A stretch of 61,702 nucleotides of DNA, counting the filler. It is 4 parts of 4 records of this genome, joined end to end, with 100 filler letters (N's around TTAATTAATTAA, not from the genome) between each part and the next. Parts side by side here need not be neighbours in the genome. Positions count along the whole stretch, not along the records: positions 42,957 to 54,685 come from DRR723986_9309; positions 54,786 to 61,702 come from DRR723986_9337; 2 more parts are not named here. One strand, given 5' to 3'. This document shows, piece after piece, positions 51,725 through 61,506 of this stretch; within the stretch, counting starts at the first letter, position 1; the number at the start of each line of letters is the position of its first letter. The position numbers and the translations under genes were made by a program. The notes below the pieces were generated by a model that saw nothing but the letters and a program-made list of their open reading frames with translations, did no database searches and had not been told where the DNA came from.

Positions 51725-51898
51725 ACTTCCCCCGGTTTATTGTTCGAAATCTGGGATGAAAGAGCCGGCATCAGCACCGGCTCCATGGCGCGATAAGGCG
51801 CCTGAGGTTCATGGTCAGTGAATGACCGGAAGGGGAGTATTGATCGTGAGAGCAGATTCCCTGCTCATTTAGGAGGCATCAGGGATCGGACTTTAGGA

Positions 51899-53281
51899 CT
51901 AAGACTGGCTCGGGAAATGTCCGAGTTCCTGCAGGCAGTCATGGAGGAAATCTGCGGGATCGGCCATGAGGGCTTCATCCGCGACTACACCGAATTGCAC
52001 CTGGCCAGCATAGCTGACGATGCTTACGCCCAGGCCAATATCGCCCGCCTGGGGTACCCAGAACATCTGTTCCGTGATGGCGCAACCAGCGAGGTAACGA
52101 CGCTCTGGCGTGCCGGGAACGTTCGAGACCACGGCCGAAGCCTTCCTGAAAAACAGATCGGCCAGCGGTCGACGTCCAGGCTCGGGCAGAAGCGCAGCCG
52201 AGGCGGTCAGCCCCCACGCGAGGCCCGGTTGCCAGCTTCGTTTCAGCTTCCGGGTTTCATGCTTGATCCGGAACAATCGTTCCAGAGCACTTTCACCATC
52301 GACAGGCAGGGGAACAAACACCGTGCCGAAACAATTACCCGGTTCCAGCGCGCCCGGCCGAATGCCTTCCGGTAAACGCGCCCGGATATCCACAGGCACA
52401 GCCGCATGCATCACCGCTTCGTCGAGGGCCTCTTCGCACAGGCCAAGGCGCGGTCTGACCGCAGCGGCCACGCAGGCAAGCAAGACATCATTGATGGTGG
52501 TGCTGGTAAGCCTGGCGATCTCCCGGAAGCGGGCCAGAGGAACCGGCGTCGACCACCGACAAAGGCGCCGCCCCAGCAATGGACGCTTAAGGTCAGACGG
52601 AGAGTCCTCCGGTGTCGCCAGAAACTCACTGAGTTCGTGTACTAGCCGAACCCCCTTGCCCAGAACTCCGCTCTCGCCCTGCTCCTGAGTAGCTCCGGGG
52701 GCTTCCCGGGGCCCGGGCACTGGCATCAGTTCTGTAATCCGGCCTTCCAGCCAGGTCTGCGCTGCGCTCACCCAGCGGCCGGCACGCGGCTCCTCTGGTG
52801 CACCATAGATAGCGGGATACTGACGCGGTGAAGGCGGACACAGATGATCAAATATGCCCAATAATGACAGACCGTCGGCATAACAATGGTGCAGACGAAG
52901 CAACAATGCCGCACCGCCCCTGGCGTTGGGGGCCAACCAGAATTTCCAGCGTGGACGATACAGCGGTAAGGGCTCGTTCAGACGCTCCGAGACCCAGTCC
53001 TGCAACTGTTCCGGCTCGAACCGGTCCAGCGCCACGTCAAGATGCTGGGGCGCGGAGAAGGTCAGGTCTTTTTCCCAATACCAGGCGGGCGCACGCCATA
53101 CCGGGCGGCAACGGAACCGCTCCCAGGCCAGCCAGTATACCTCCAGAAACTCCCGGAAACGGGTCGGCGTCAGCCCGTCGACCCTCAGCATAATGGTGAT
53201 GGTCATCGGGTTTTCGGGCCGTTCCAGAGCCAGCCAGGCTGAATCCGAAGGCAGCATGAGATGCGATTGCTCCTGGCTCAA
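51899..53281 (-). CDS. Wax ester synthase / diacylglycerol acyltransferase (WS/DGAT)
   Basis: DSAWLALERPENPMTI, PLPLYRPRW, catalytic HHCYADG (HHxxxDG), TINDVLLA, GNCFG, VSNVPG, SIVSYAG; TTG start. Confidence 0.92.
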   Translation of the reverse strand: MSQEQSHLMLPSDSAWLALERPENPMTITIMLRVDGLTPTRFREFLEVYWLAWERFRCRPVWRAPAWYWEKDLTFSAPQHLDVALDRFEPEQLQDWVSERLNEPLPLYRPRWKFWLAPNARGGAALLLRLHHCYADGLSLLGIFDHLCPPSPRQYPAIYGAPEEPRAGRWVSAAQTWLEGRITELMPVPGPREAPGATQEQGESGVLGKGVRLVHELSEFLATPEDSPSDLKRPLLGRRLCRWSTPVPLARFREIARLTSTTINDVLLACVAAAVRPRLGLCEEALDEAVMHAAVPVDIRARLPEGIRPGALEPGNCFGTVFVPLPVDGESALERLFRIKHETRKLKRSWQPGLAWGLTASAALLPEPGRRPLADLFFRKASAVVSNVPGTPERRYLAGCAITEQMFWVPQAGDIGLGVSIVSYAGQVQFGVVADEALMADPADFLHDCLQELGHFPSQS

Positions 53282-53381
53282 ACCCGATTATCCCCGATCA
53301 ATAGCGTGCCTGTATGAAAGAAAACCAATCCGGCATTGTGCCAGAGTCCGGATAGCGGCTCCATCCTCGGACGCTCCGCGC

Positions 53382-53413
53382 ACAGTTACAAAAAATTACA
53401 CGTGAGTAACTGT
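53382..53413. promoter_or_regulatory. Inverted repeat in the divergent WS/DGAT-hydrolase promoter
   Basis: ACAGTTAC-N16-GTAACTGT with perfect 8-bp arms. Confidence 0.35.
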
Positions 53414-53604
53414 TCAGTCCTATACTGGTTATATGGCCCGGTGCCATGGTTATAAAACCGTGTCCCGGATCGGCCAATTGGCCCCAACACACCATTTTTT
53501 AAGGCACTGGCGCCACTAAACCCGTTCGGCATTCACGGTACAAATGTCATACCGGCTCAGCAAAACCAATAACACAACGAAAAGCGGCCGGAGGGAGAAG
53601 AATC

Positions 53605-54528
53605 ATGAAAGCCAGTCATGTTCGCAAGCTGATCAAACCGATCGAAAGCGCCTATTCCGAAATGTTCTCCGGCCGGGTTTACCGCGTGGGCCGGGGTGCG
53701 GTGTCTGTTCGAAATCACAGTGGCACAGCAGCGCACACCGTGATTGGCGTACATGGTTTTCTTGAAAATCACTGTTACTTCACCCAGGCCTACGATGGCC
53801 CCACCACAGAACTGATTCTGCTCACCTGCAGCAACTATCACATCCCGGTGAACGGTGTGACACCTGAGAATCCGGCCTGGGAAGTGCCCATCAAGCACCT
53901 GGAAGGCACCATCGAATACGATGCCTGTATCCTGAATCAGTCGTTGCAGAACCTGCCCAGCACCGAGAATATCCGGATCCATGGCCACTCCCGGGGTGGC
54001 GCAGTTATTCTGGAGGCCATCCGGCAGTGGCCGGAGCTTTACGAAAACGTGGAAGTGGTACTGGAAGCGCCGGTTCTACCCCAGGGCAAACTGCATGCGC
54101 TGGTAACCACATTGCTGGAGCCGGTCAGCCATGGCATGTGGCCCTGGTTGATTCGTCTGATCAACAGCGCCCCCCAGTCGGCCTATGGTCAGACCTTCTT
54201 TGGCAAGATGAATCCGCGCAAACGCCAATTGTTGAGCAAACTGTTCTATGCCACCAAAGACCACCTGACCATTGTTCGCAACATCGAGAACATCATGGAG
54301 TGGATGGCGCGTACCGACACCTCAGTGTATCGCCATGTGCGCCATGGGACTTTCCTGATACCGGCCACCGACCGAATACTGGATCGCCAGGCCATGCTGG
54401 CCAGCGCTCGCACCAGCCCCACCACCATGCGCATTGTCGAAACCGAAGCCCCCAGCCACTTCATCACGCTGGACAGCAAGGAATGGGTGCCGGGCCTGGA
54501 AACCCTCGAGGCTGCGGCCCAAGGCTGA
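53605..54528 (+). CDS. Alpha/beta-fold hydrolase (lipase/esterase-like)
   Basis: VHGF oxyanion motif, GHSRG nucleophile elbow, D (TDRIL) and H (SHFI) candidates; GGAGGGAG RBS. Confidence 0.85.
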   Translation: MKASHVRKLIKPIESAYSEMFSGRVYRVGRGAVSVRNHSGTAAHTVIGVHGFLENHCYFTQAYDGPTTELILLTCSNYHIPVNGVTPENPAWEVPIKHLEGTIEYDACILNQSLQNLPSTENIRIHGHSRGGAVILEAIRQWPELYENVEVVLEAPVLPQGKLHALVTTLLEPVSHGMWPWLIRLINSAPQSAYGQTFFGKMNPRKRQLLSKLFYATKDHLTIVRNIENIMEWMARTDTSVYRHVRHGTFLIPATDRILDRQAMLASARTSPTTMRIVETEAPSHFITLDSKEWVPGLETLEAAAQG

Positions 54529-54609
54529 ATTCAACGCAAACGGGCAGGTGCGTCACACCCAAGGCTTCGTTAAACTGGAGCTTTTCTGCCCGGTTGATTG
54601 GAGCCTTTA

Positions 54610-54685
54610 ATGTATCGTGAGCGGCTGGTTGCCACGGATGTGCACACGGAGAACGCCCACCGCCTGAAACGCCTGCTGCTGGAAT
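54610..54685 (+). CDS. Start of a hypothetical protein truncated by contig end
   Basis: GGAG RBS plus ATG; open frame MYRERLVATDVHTENAHRLKRLLLE up to the linker. Confidence 0.5.
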
Positions 54686-54785
54686 NNNNNNNNNNNNNNN
54701 NNNNNNNNNNNNNNNNNNNNNNNNNNNNNTTAATTAATTAANNNNNNNNNNNNNNNNNNNNNNNNNNNNNNNNNNNNNNNNNNNN
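54686..54785. other. Artificial contig linker
   Basis: N44-TTAATTAATTAA-N44. Confidence 0.98.
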
Positions 54786-54786
54786 C

Positions 54787-57785
54787 GCTCTCGGCGATTT
54801 GGACGGCGACGGCGACCTGGATGCGATCACTGCTACCCAGTCACTTGGGCAGAACGTCTGGTTAAACAATGGCGACGGCACTTTTACCAACTCTACCTTT
54901 GGTGGGGAAGATAAGATTAATGTTAAAATTGGCGATCTGGACGGCGATGGTGATCTTGATGCAATCTTATTGGATTCCGGTTCAGACAATGAACTTTGGT
55001 TAAACAATGGCGATGCGACATTTACGAGCAGCACTTTCGGCGACGACAGAAACAAAGGTTTGGCCCTCGGCGACTTGGACGGCGACGGCGACCTGGATGC
55101 CGTTATAGCGCGTAATATGCGCGCGCAGCAGATTTTGTTAAATCAGGAAGCCGTACAAATCAGCTCAATCAGTCCAGCGACCAACGCAAGTTCTGTCGCT
55201 CCTGATGCTGATATTGAAGTAACATTTAATCAAGCGATGAGTACGGCTACGCTTATTGCCGACAACGCGCCAACGAATGCAAACTTGATTGTCTATGGCA
55301 ATCAAAGTGGACACCTGACGACAAAGGCGACAATTACTTATACCAATGGAAACGCAACAGTTGTAATCGGTCCGGCGGCCGACTTCTACCCAAATGAGCT
55401 CCTGTCCCTTACCATTCGTGAGGCCGAATCAACTGTCGGAACAGTCTTGCAGGATCCACAGATTCATCAATTCCGCGCAGCAGTGGACGGCGGCATAGCT
55501 GAGTTTAATTCGACAGCGTTTGGTAGTGGCCGCAGTCGGGATGTAGCAATTGGCGACCTGGATAGCGATGGCGATCTGGATGCGATCATTGTCAATAGCC
55601 ATAATGACTCGGAAGAAATTTGGCTGAATAACGGTGACGGCAGTTTCGTACCCAACACCTTTGGAACCGGTAGTCGCGCTGTTGTAGAAATGGGTGACGT
55701 AGACGGTGACGGTGATCTTGACGCTCTTGTAGCCGGTCATGGTGCTTCCCCGCGAGAAATCTGGTTAAACAATGGTGACGGCAGTTTTGTTATTCAGACC
55801 TTTGGCACAGGACCTGTTGTGGACGCTGCAATTGGCGACCTGGATGGTGATGGTGATCTGGATGCGATTTTAACAAGTTATGACTTTGGTGAGCAAAAAA
55901 TTTGGTTGAACAACGGTGACGGAACGTTTGTAGAAAGTAACATTGGTACAGTAGGATTTGGAGTTAAACTTGGTGATCTGGATGGTGATGGCGATCTTGA
56001 CGCGATCATCGCTGAATATGGTAACTCTTCTGTCGCTGTTTTTCACAACAATGGCGATGCGACCTTCGTTTGCTCATCATTTTTTCATCACGCAGTCCGA
56101 GTTGACCTTGGCGATTTGGATGGAGACGGAGATCTGGACGCCTTGCTGGCGGAAGATTCTGGGGATCAATTGGTTTGGCTAAATAATGGTGACGGCACTT
56201 TTGTCAGTTCGACTGCTGGTAATGACTCATTCAGTGACGTTTCACTTGGTGATTTGGATGGCGACAATGATCTCGATGCTGTGTTCACCGCTATCAGTGG
56301 ACGAAGCCAAAAGATCTGGCTGAATAATGGCGATGCGACATTCGAGACTCGAACATTTGGTGCCGGCTTTAGCCGTGGTTTGGCACTGGGTGATTTGGAT
56401 AACGATGGCGACCTTGATGCAATTATCGCCAATTTTGGTGCGCCACAAGAATTATGGTTCAATAAGTCGCGGGTAGATTTGCTCACAATCAGTCCGGCGA
56501 CCAATGCAAATTCTGTAGCTGTTGATGCCGACATTGAAATTACATTTAATCGGGCGATGAGCACCACTGCTCTTGTCGTAAATGCCGTTCCGACGATCGC
56601 CAATGTAAGTTTTTATGGCCAATACCGCGGACTAATGAGTACAGATGCCAGTGTGAGTTTTGCCGCTTCAAATGCCCAGGTTATTGTCAATTCTGCAAAA
56701 GACTTTAAACCAGGCGAACTCATCTCACTGACTGTTCGTGATGCTGTGTCAGACGAAGGTGCAGGGCAATCAGTTCCCGTGGTACATCAATTCAGAGCCG
56801 AAGTTAATAAAGGATCTGGCGCATTTAACACAACGACCTTTGGCAACGGCCAGAGTCGCGATGTTGCAATCGGTGATCTTGACGGCGACGGCGATTTAGA
56901 CGCAATCATCGCGACGGTTCAAAACAGCGGTGAACAATTGTGGCTCAATAATGGCGATGGCACCTTTGTCTCAAGTATCATTGCAGGCGGCAGAACACAA
57001 GGCGTTGCTCTTGGTGATCTTGACGGTGATAGCGATCTTGACGCCATATTGGCACGCGGAAATTCTCAAGGTTTACAAGTTCTGCTTAATAACGGGAGTG
57101 CAACATTTATTAGCTCCGCATTGAGTTCCGAAAGCTTCCTCGATGTTGAATTAGGCGATTTGGACGGCGACGGCGATTTGGATGCCATCGCAACCGGTCC
57201 AGCTGAAGATCCACAGGAAATCTGGTTGAACAACGGTGACGGCACGTTCTCCAGTCAAACCTTTGGCACCTCCGGCGCTGAATGCGCAATCGGTGATCTT
57301 GACGGCGACGGCGATCTGGACGTAGTGGTTGCCAATTACATTTATGGTCAAAATCAATTGTGGCTTAACAACGGTAATGCCACATTCGTCAGTTCAATCA
57401 TTGGTGGTGATGGTACTGCCGTTTCGCTGGGTGATTTGGACGGCGACGGCGATCTTGATGCAATTGTTGCCAATCCATATGGCAGGAATCGAATCTTCAC
57501 CAACAATGGCGATGCCACCTTTACTAGCGTCACGTTTGGACAGAACGTAAACAGTTATGGCCTTGATCTTGGTGATTTAGACGGCGATGGCGATCTGGAT
57601 GCTGTAATTGCCAACAACAGCGATCCACAAGAAGTTTGGCTGAACAATGGGGATGGTAGTTTCAGCAGCTATAGTAGTGGCGGCACCGGGCGCAACTATG
57701 GTCTGGCTTTAGGTGATTTGGATGGCGATGGCGATCTGGATGCCATTATCAGCCACGACCCAGGCGCAGATGAAGTCTGGTTCAA
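54787..57785 (+). repeat. Coding tandem FG-GAP repeats (about 125-130 nt period) in three blocks
   Basis: Recurrent GGCGA(T/C)(T/C)TGGA(T/C)GG(C/T)GA(T/C)GG(C/T)GA(T/C)CT.GA(T/C)GC and TGG(T/C)T.AA(T/C)AA(T/C)GG.GA with synonymous divergence, all in frame. Confidence 0.9.
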
Positions 57786-60700
57786 CAAAATACGATTGCC
57801 GCAAATTGTTTCGCTCTCCCCGAATAGTACGACTGCAAGTCTGAGTGGCATGCAGCTTACTGTGAGCGGCAATTATTTTTCAGAGACGACTGCACAGATT
57901 ACTACGCTCGATCAGAACGGCTCAAGCAATGGAACGCTCAACCTCAATCTGTTTAACACGAGTTTTACTGGTTTCAGTACCGAGATTCCAGCGGGATTTG
58001 TCTCGACTGCCGGCACGATTGTTCTGACGGTTAGCAATCCAAGCGGTTCAACCAGTACCAATATCACGGTGTTAAATGATCAGCCGCAGATTTCCACGAC
58101 CCAGGCTATGCTGACGATTGAGGAAGATCAATCAACGCAAGTCAGCCTGGATCTTGTGGATGTGTGGCCCGGCGTTGCCAATCTTAATGTAATTGCGCCG
58201 CAACTGAGCCAGGCGACTATCGCTTCGATTCAACAAATCGGCGCGACCTCCGCCAACACGCGTTTCCTCGTCAATCCAGCGACGAATGCCAGCGGAACCT
58301 ATAATCTGGAGTTCACAGCCGACGATGGTGAATTCACGGTTGCGACGACAGTAACTTTGGTGATTACACCAGTTAATGATCCGCCGACAATTGAAGTTAC
58401 CAGCACGAACATAAGCGCAAACGAAGATCAGCAGGTTACGAGCAATCTGATTGTCAGCGACGTCGATACGCCATTTTCCAACCTGATTTTAACAGCAACT
58501 TCGAGTAATCAATCGCTCGTCACAAATGGCGGCATCAGTTTCGGCGCAACCGGCGCCAATACGACGCTCTTTGTCGATCCATTGGCCAATACCAACGGTA
58601 CGGTTTTATTGACAGTTAATATTGACGACGGCGAATTCCAACGTTCGACGTCATTTACCTTGACGGTAAACCCCGTTAATGACCCACCAGAAATTTCAAC
58701 TTCAAATACCTTGATATCAACGAATGAAGATACCGCAGGTACTACAAGTGTCGACTTGTTTGACAGTGATACACCGTTGTTGGACATAGTTTTGCGCGCG
58801 ACCTCTTCGAATCAGTCTGTTTTACCCAACAATCAGCTGTCATTCGGTGTGACATCGGCGGTAACAAGTCTATTCTACAATCCGGCCGCGAATGCCGGCG
58901 GTAGCGCCGATATTACTGTCTCGGCAGACGACGGTGAATTTGTGCGCTCCACGACTTTTACATTAACGGTGCTTCCGCAAAACGATCCGCCCGAAATTTC
59001 CACCAATTCAGTTAAAATCTCAACGGATGAAGCCATTGCAACATCAACAACAGTCGATTTATTCGACATCGATACGGACTTCTCGAATCTGATTCTGAGC
59101 GCTACGTCGAACAATCCATCACTGCTGCAGACAAGTAATATCGTTTTCAGCGCCACCGCTGCCAACGTTCAGCTTACATTAACGCCTGAGTGTGGTCAAA
59201 CCGGCGATGCCATCTTTACTGTCTCGGTTTCTGATGGTCAATACGAACGCTCAACGGCAATTTGTTTAAGTGTCGTCAACAGGGAAGCGCTCCAAATTAG
59301 TGGAGCAACGCGTGCCTGTCCGGCGGTCACGACGGAATACACGGCTCTGCCACTCGATCCAACGGCGAGTTACCTTTGGTCCGTTGAGGGAGGTGTGATT
59401 GCCGGTGGGCAGGGAACTGCTAGTATCGATGTGATCTGGGACAGCAATCCAACAAATGCCACAATTGATGTAGTTGAAACGGTTCCTACAAGCTGCACAC
59501 GTGCTACGCAGCTCGCAATAACTGCCGCAGAAGCTCAGGCGCTGCAAGACTTCATTCTCGTCAGCGGCAACAGCGGGTCTACTAATGTTGTTAACAATGA
59601 CCTTGGATCCAATCTGAGCATTGTTGCCGTCGAAGATCCGCTCAATGGTTCGGTTGTCACAAACGCTACTACAGTGATATACACGCCCGATCCCGGATTT
59701 ACCGGCATCGAAAACTTCAGTTACACCGTACAGTCGCCGGAAGGTTGTCAGGCTACCGGCGCAATTGTAGCCGTAACACCTTCGACCAATGCCTCGAATG
59801 TTAACATCGAATATGTGGAAGTTCAGAAAGATCGTGTCGCAAGCGTACGTGGTCTGCGAAACGCGATCAGCACGGTCGTAAGTCCCGATGGCGAGTATGT
59901 GTACGTTGCAGGGCGCAACGATAACTCGATTGCACTTTTTGAACGCAGTACCAGCACGGGAACGCTCAATTACCTTAAACGCGTGCGCCATGGCGTTAAC
60001 GGTGTCAGCGGAATCAAATACGTCAGTGATCTGGTCATAAGTCCCGATGGAACACGCCTGTATGCGGCAGGATATGCACAAAATGCTACCGTGGTGTTTG
60101 AACGCGATCTTAACAATGGTGACTTAATATTTGTCGAACGCAAACGCAAAGGTCAAATCGACGGCGACCTGACGATCAACGGTATGAAACGTCCGCGGGG
60201 TATTGCCGTCAGCCCCGATGGCCAAACGGTCGTCGCCAGCGGCTACAGCGACAATTCAATTGCAATTTTCCGATTTAATGAGCTTACGGGCAGCATCTCC
60301 TTCATTCAGTACCACAAAAACGGCATTGATGGCGTTGACGGACTTAAACAAGCTATTGGACTGGCATTTAGTCTTGATGGTAAACATCTCTACGTGGCCG
60401 GATCAGGTGATGACGCCATAGCTGTTTTCGACCACGACCTGGCAAGCGGACTGATGACCTACAATGCACAATATGTTGACGGAGTAAATGGCATCGACGG
60501 TCTCGACATTGTCTCAGGCGTGGCTGTCAGTCCCGACGGTAAACACGTTTATACGTCAGGTACCGGCGACGATGCCGTGGCGGCATTCAGTCGCAACGCC
60601 GCAACCGGCAGTTTAACATTTGTTGACGATTACCGTGATGGAAGCGGCGGAATCAGCGGGCTTGATGGTGTTAATCGTCTGGTCGTCAGTCCTGACGGTG

Positions 60701-61506
60701 CGCAAGTATGGGCAGCTGCACAAAGTGATGATGCCGTGGTGTTGTTTAAGCGCGATCAATCCAGTGGTGAGTTGACCTTTGTTGAGCAGGTGCAGGACGG
60801 TACTAATGGATTCGATGGACTGAACGGAGCATACGCTGTGGCACTCGACCCGCACAGTCAATACGCTTATGTCGCAGGTTATGACGATGATGCTGTTGCG
60901 GTTCTATCGCGCAATCACATTCCCGTAGCCCTAGATGACGCTGTAGGCGTAGCCGTCAAAAATACGACTTTAACAATCAAGCCGCTCTTAAACGATAGCG
61001 ATTCGGACAATCACACTTTAACAATCGAGAGTAAAACGAATGGAGCTCTGGGGACTGTGTCGATTAGCGGTGGTGGAACAACCCTCAGCTATGCTGCCGG
61101 CGCAACGATAGGTGCAGATAGTTTTACCTACTCAATCAATGATGGTCACGGAGGAAGCTCATCAGCAACGGTGCATGTTAACGTTGTTGCGGCAAAATCC
61201 GGTGTAAACAATGAGCTAACGATGCAAGTAAAACCGAAGATTTGGATTAGCCCTAACCCGGCTAAGGAGGAAGTTCAGGTTCAGTTTGAACTCGAACAGA
61301 CTGGAATCATTAGTATGCGAATTGTTGACCTGCTAGGCAACGAAGTCTCACATAACACCCTGGGAGTGCGCGATGCAGGCACTCAGACAATCAATCTGAG
61401 TTTACGCGACGCGAGCGGACTCCGTTTATCCGAAGGCACATACCTGATTGAGATTCATTTGAACAATGGCGACACACTTGTTGGCGCAGTGCTTGTTAAG
61501 CGCTAA
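54787..61506 (+). CDS. Giant T9SS-secreted surface protein: FG-GAP/VCBS propellers, Ig-like and cadherin-like domains, lactonase-like propeller, T9SS C-terminal domain (5'-truncated)
   Basis: 17 GD(L/V)DxDxDLD repeats (3+7+7), two ISPATNA.SV..DADIE.TFN.AM Ig domains, four (V/L/Q)ND(P/Q)P cadherin-like units, seven SPDG..(L/V)Y.AG-type blades, Big_9-like domains, and a C-terminal ISPNPAKEEV...IVDLLGNEV...LSEGTYLI sorting domain. Confidence 0.9.
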   Translation, partial: ALGDLDGDGDLDAITATQSLGQNVWLNNGDGTFTNSTFGGEDKINVKIGDLDGDGDLDAILLDSGSDNELWLNNGDATFTSSTFGDDRNKGLALGDLDGDGDLDAVIARNMRAQQILLNQEAVQISSISPATNASSVAPDADIEVTFNQAMSTATLIADNAPTNANLIVYGNQSGHLTTKATITYTNGNATVVIGPAADFYPNELLSLTIREAESTVGTVLQDPQIHQFRAAVDGGIAEFNSTAFGSGRSRDVAIGDLDSDGDLDAIIVNSHNDSEEIWLNNGDGSFVPNTFGTGSRAVVEMGDVDGDGDLDALVAGHGASPREIWLNNGDGSFVIQTFGTGPVVDAAIGDLDGDGDLDAILTSYDFGEQKIWLNNGDGTFVESNIGTVGFGVKLGDLDGDGDLDAIIAEYGNSSVAVFHNNGDATFVCSSFFHHAVRVDLGDLDGDGDLDALLAEDSGDQLVWLNNGDGTFVSSTAGNDSFSDVSLGDLDGDNDLDAVFTAISGRSQKIWLNNGDATFETRTFGAGFSRGLALGDLDNDGDLDAIIANFGAPQELWFNKSRVDLLTISPATNANSVAVDADIEITFNRAMSTTALVVNAVPTIANVSFYGQYRGLMSTDASVSFAASNAQVIVNSAKDFKPGELISLTVRDAVSDEGAGQSVPVVHQFRAEVNKGSGAFNTTTFGNGQSRDVAIGDLDGDGDLDAIIATVQNSGEQLWLNNGDGTFVSSIIAGGRTQGVALGDLDGDSDLDAILARGNSQGLQVLLNNGSATFISSALSSESFLDVELGDLDGDGDLDAIATGPAEDPQEIWLNNGDGTFSSQTFGTSGAECAIGDLDGDGDLDVVVANYIYGQNQLWLNNGNATFVSSIIGGDGTAVSLGDLDGDGDLDAIVANPYGRNRIFTNNGDATFTSVTFGQNVNSYGLDLGDLDGDGDLDAVIANNSDPQEVWLNNGDGSFSSYSSGGTGRNYGLALGDLDGDGDLDAIISHDPGADEVWFNKIRLPQIVSLSPNSTTASLSGMQLTVSGNYFSETTAQITTLDQNGSSNGTLNLNLFNTSFTGFSTEIPAGFVSTAGTIVLTVSNPSGSTSTNITVLNDQPQISTTQAMLTIEEDQSTQVSLDLVDVWPGVANLNVIAPQLSQATIASIQQIGATSANTRFLVNPATNASGTYNLEFTADDGEFTVATTVTLVITPVNDPPTIEVTSTNISANEDQQVTSNLIVSDVDTPFSNLILTATSSNQSLVTNGGISFGATGANTTLFVDPLANTNGTVLLTVNIDDGEFQRSTSFTLTVNPVNDPPEISTSNTLISTNEDTAGTTSVDLFDSDTPLLDIVLRATSSNQSVLPNNQLSFGVTSAVTSLFYNPAANAGGSADITVSADDGEFVRSTTFTLTVLPQNDPPEISTNSVKISTDEAIATSTTVDLFDIDTDFSNLILSATSNNPSLLQTSNIVFSATAANVQLTLTPECGQTGDAIFTVSVSDGQYERSTAICLSVVNREALQISGATRACPAVTTEYTALPLDPTASYLWSVEGGVIAGGQGTASIDVIWDSNPTNATIDVVETVPTSCTRATQLAITAAEAQALQDFILVSGNSGSTNVVNNDLGSNLSIVAVEDPLNGSVVTNATTVIYTPDPGFTGIENFSYTVQSPEGCQATGAIVAVTPSTNASNVNIEYVEVQKDRVASVRGLRNAISTVVSPDGEYVYVAGRNDNSIALFERSTSTGTLNYLKRVRHGVNGVSGIKYVSDLVISPDGTRLYAAGYAQNATVVFERDLNNGDLIFVERKRKGQIDGDLTINGMKRPRGIAVSPDGQTVVASGYSDNSIAIFRFNELTGSISFIQYHKNGIDGVDGLKQAIGLAFSLDGKHLYVAGSGDDAIAVFDHDLASGLMTYNAQYVDGVNGIDGLDIVSGVAVSPDGKHVYTSGTGDDAVAAFSRNAATGSLTFVDDYRDGSGGISGLDGVNRLVVSPDGAQVWAAAQSDDAVVLFKRDQSSGELTFVEQVQDGTNGFDGLNGAYAVALDPHSQYAYVAGYDDDAVAVLSRNHIPVALDDAVGVAVKNTTLTIKPLLNDSDSDNHTLTIESKTNGALGTVSISGGGTTLSYAAGATIGADSFTYSINDGHGGSSSATVHVNVVAAKSGVNNELTMQVKPKIWISPNPAKEEVQVQFELEQTGIISMRIVDLLGNEVSHNTLGVRDAGTQTINLSLRDASGLRLSEGTYLIEIHLNNGDTLVGAVLVKR

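Noticed and set aside
54787..57785. Regularly spaced DNA repeats as a CRISPR array or a diversity-generating retroelement target
   Set aside because: The repeats are in-frame, degenerate at third codon positions and encode FG-GAP motifs. There are no cas or reverse-transcriptase genes and no adenine-specific TR/VR pair.
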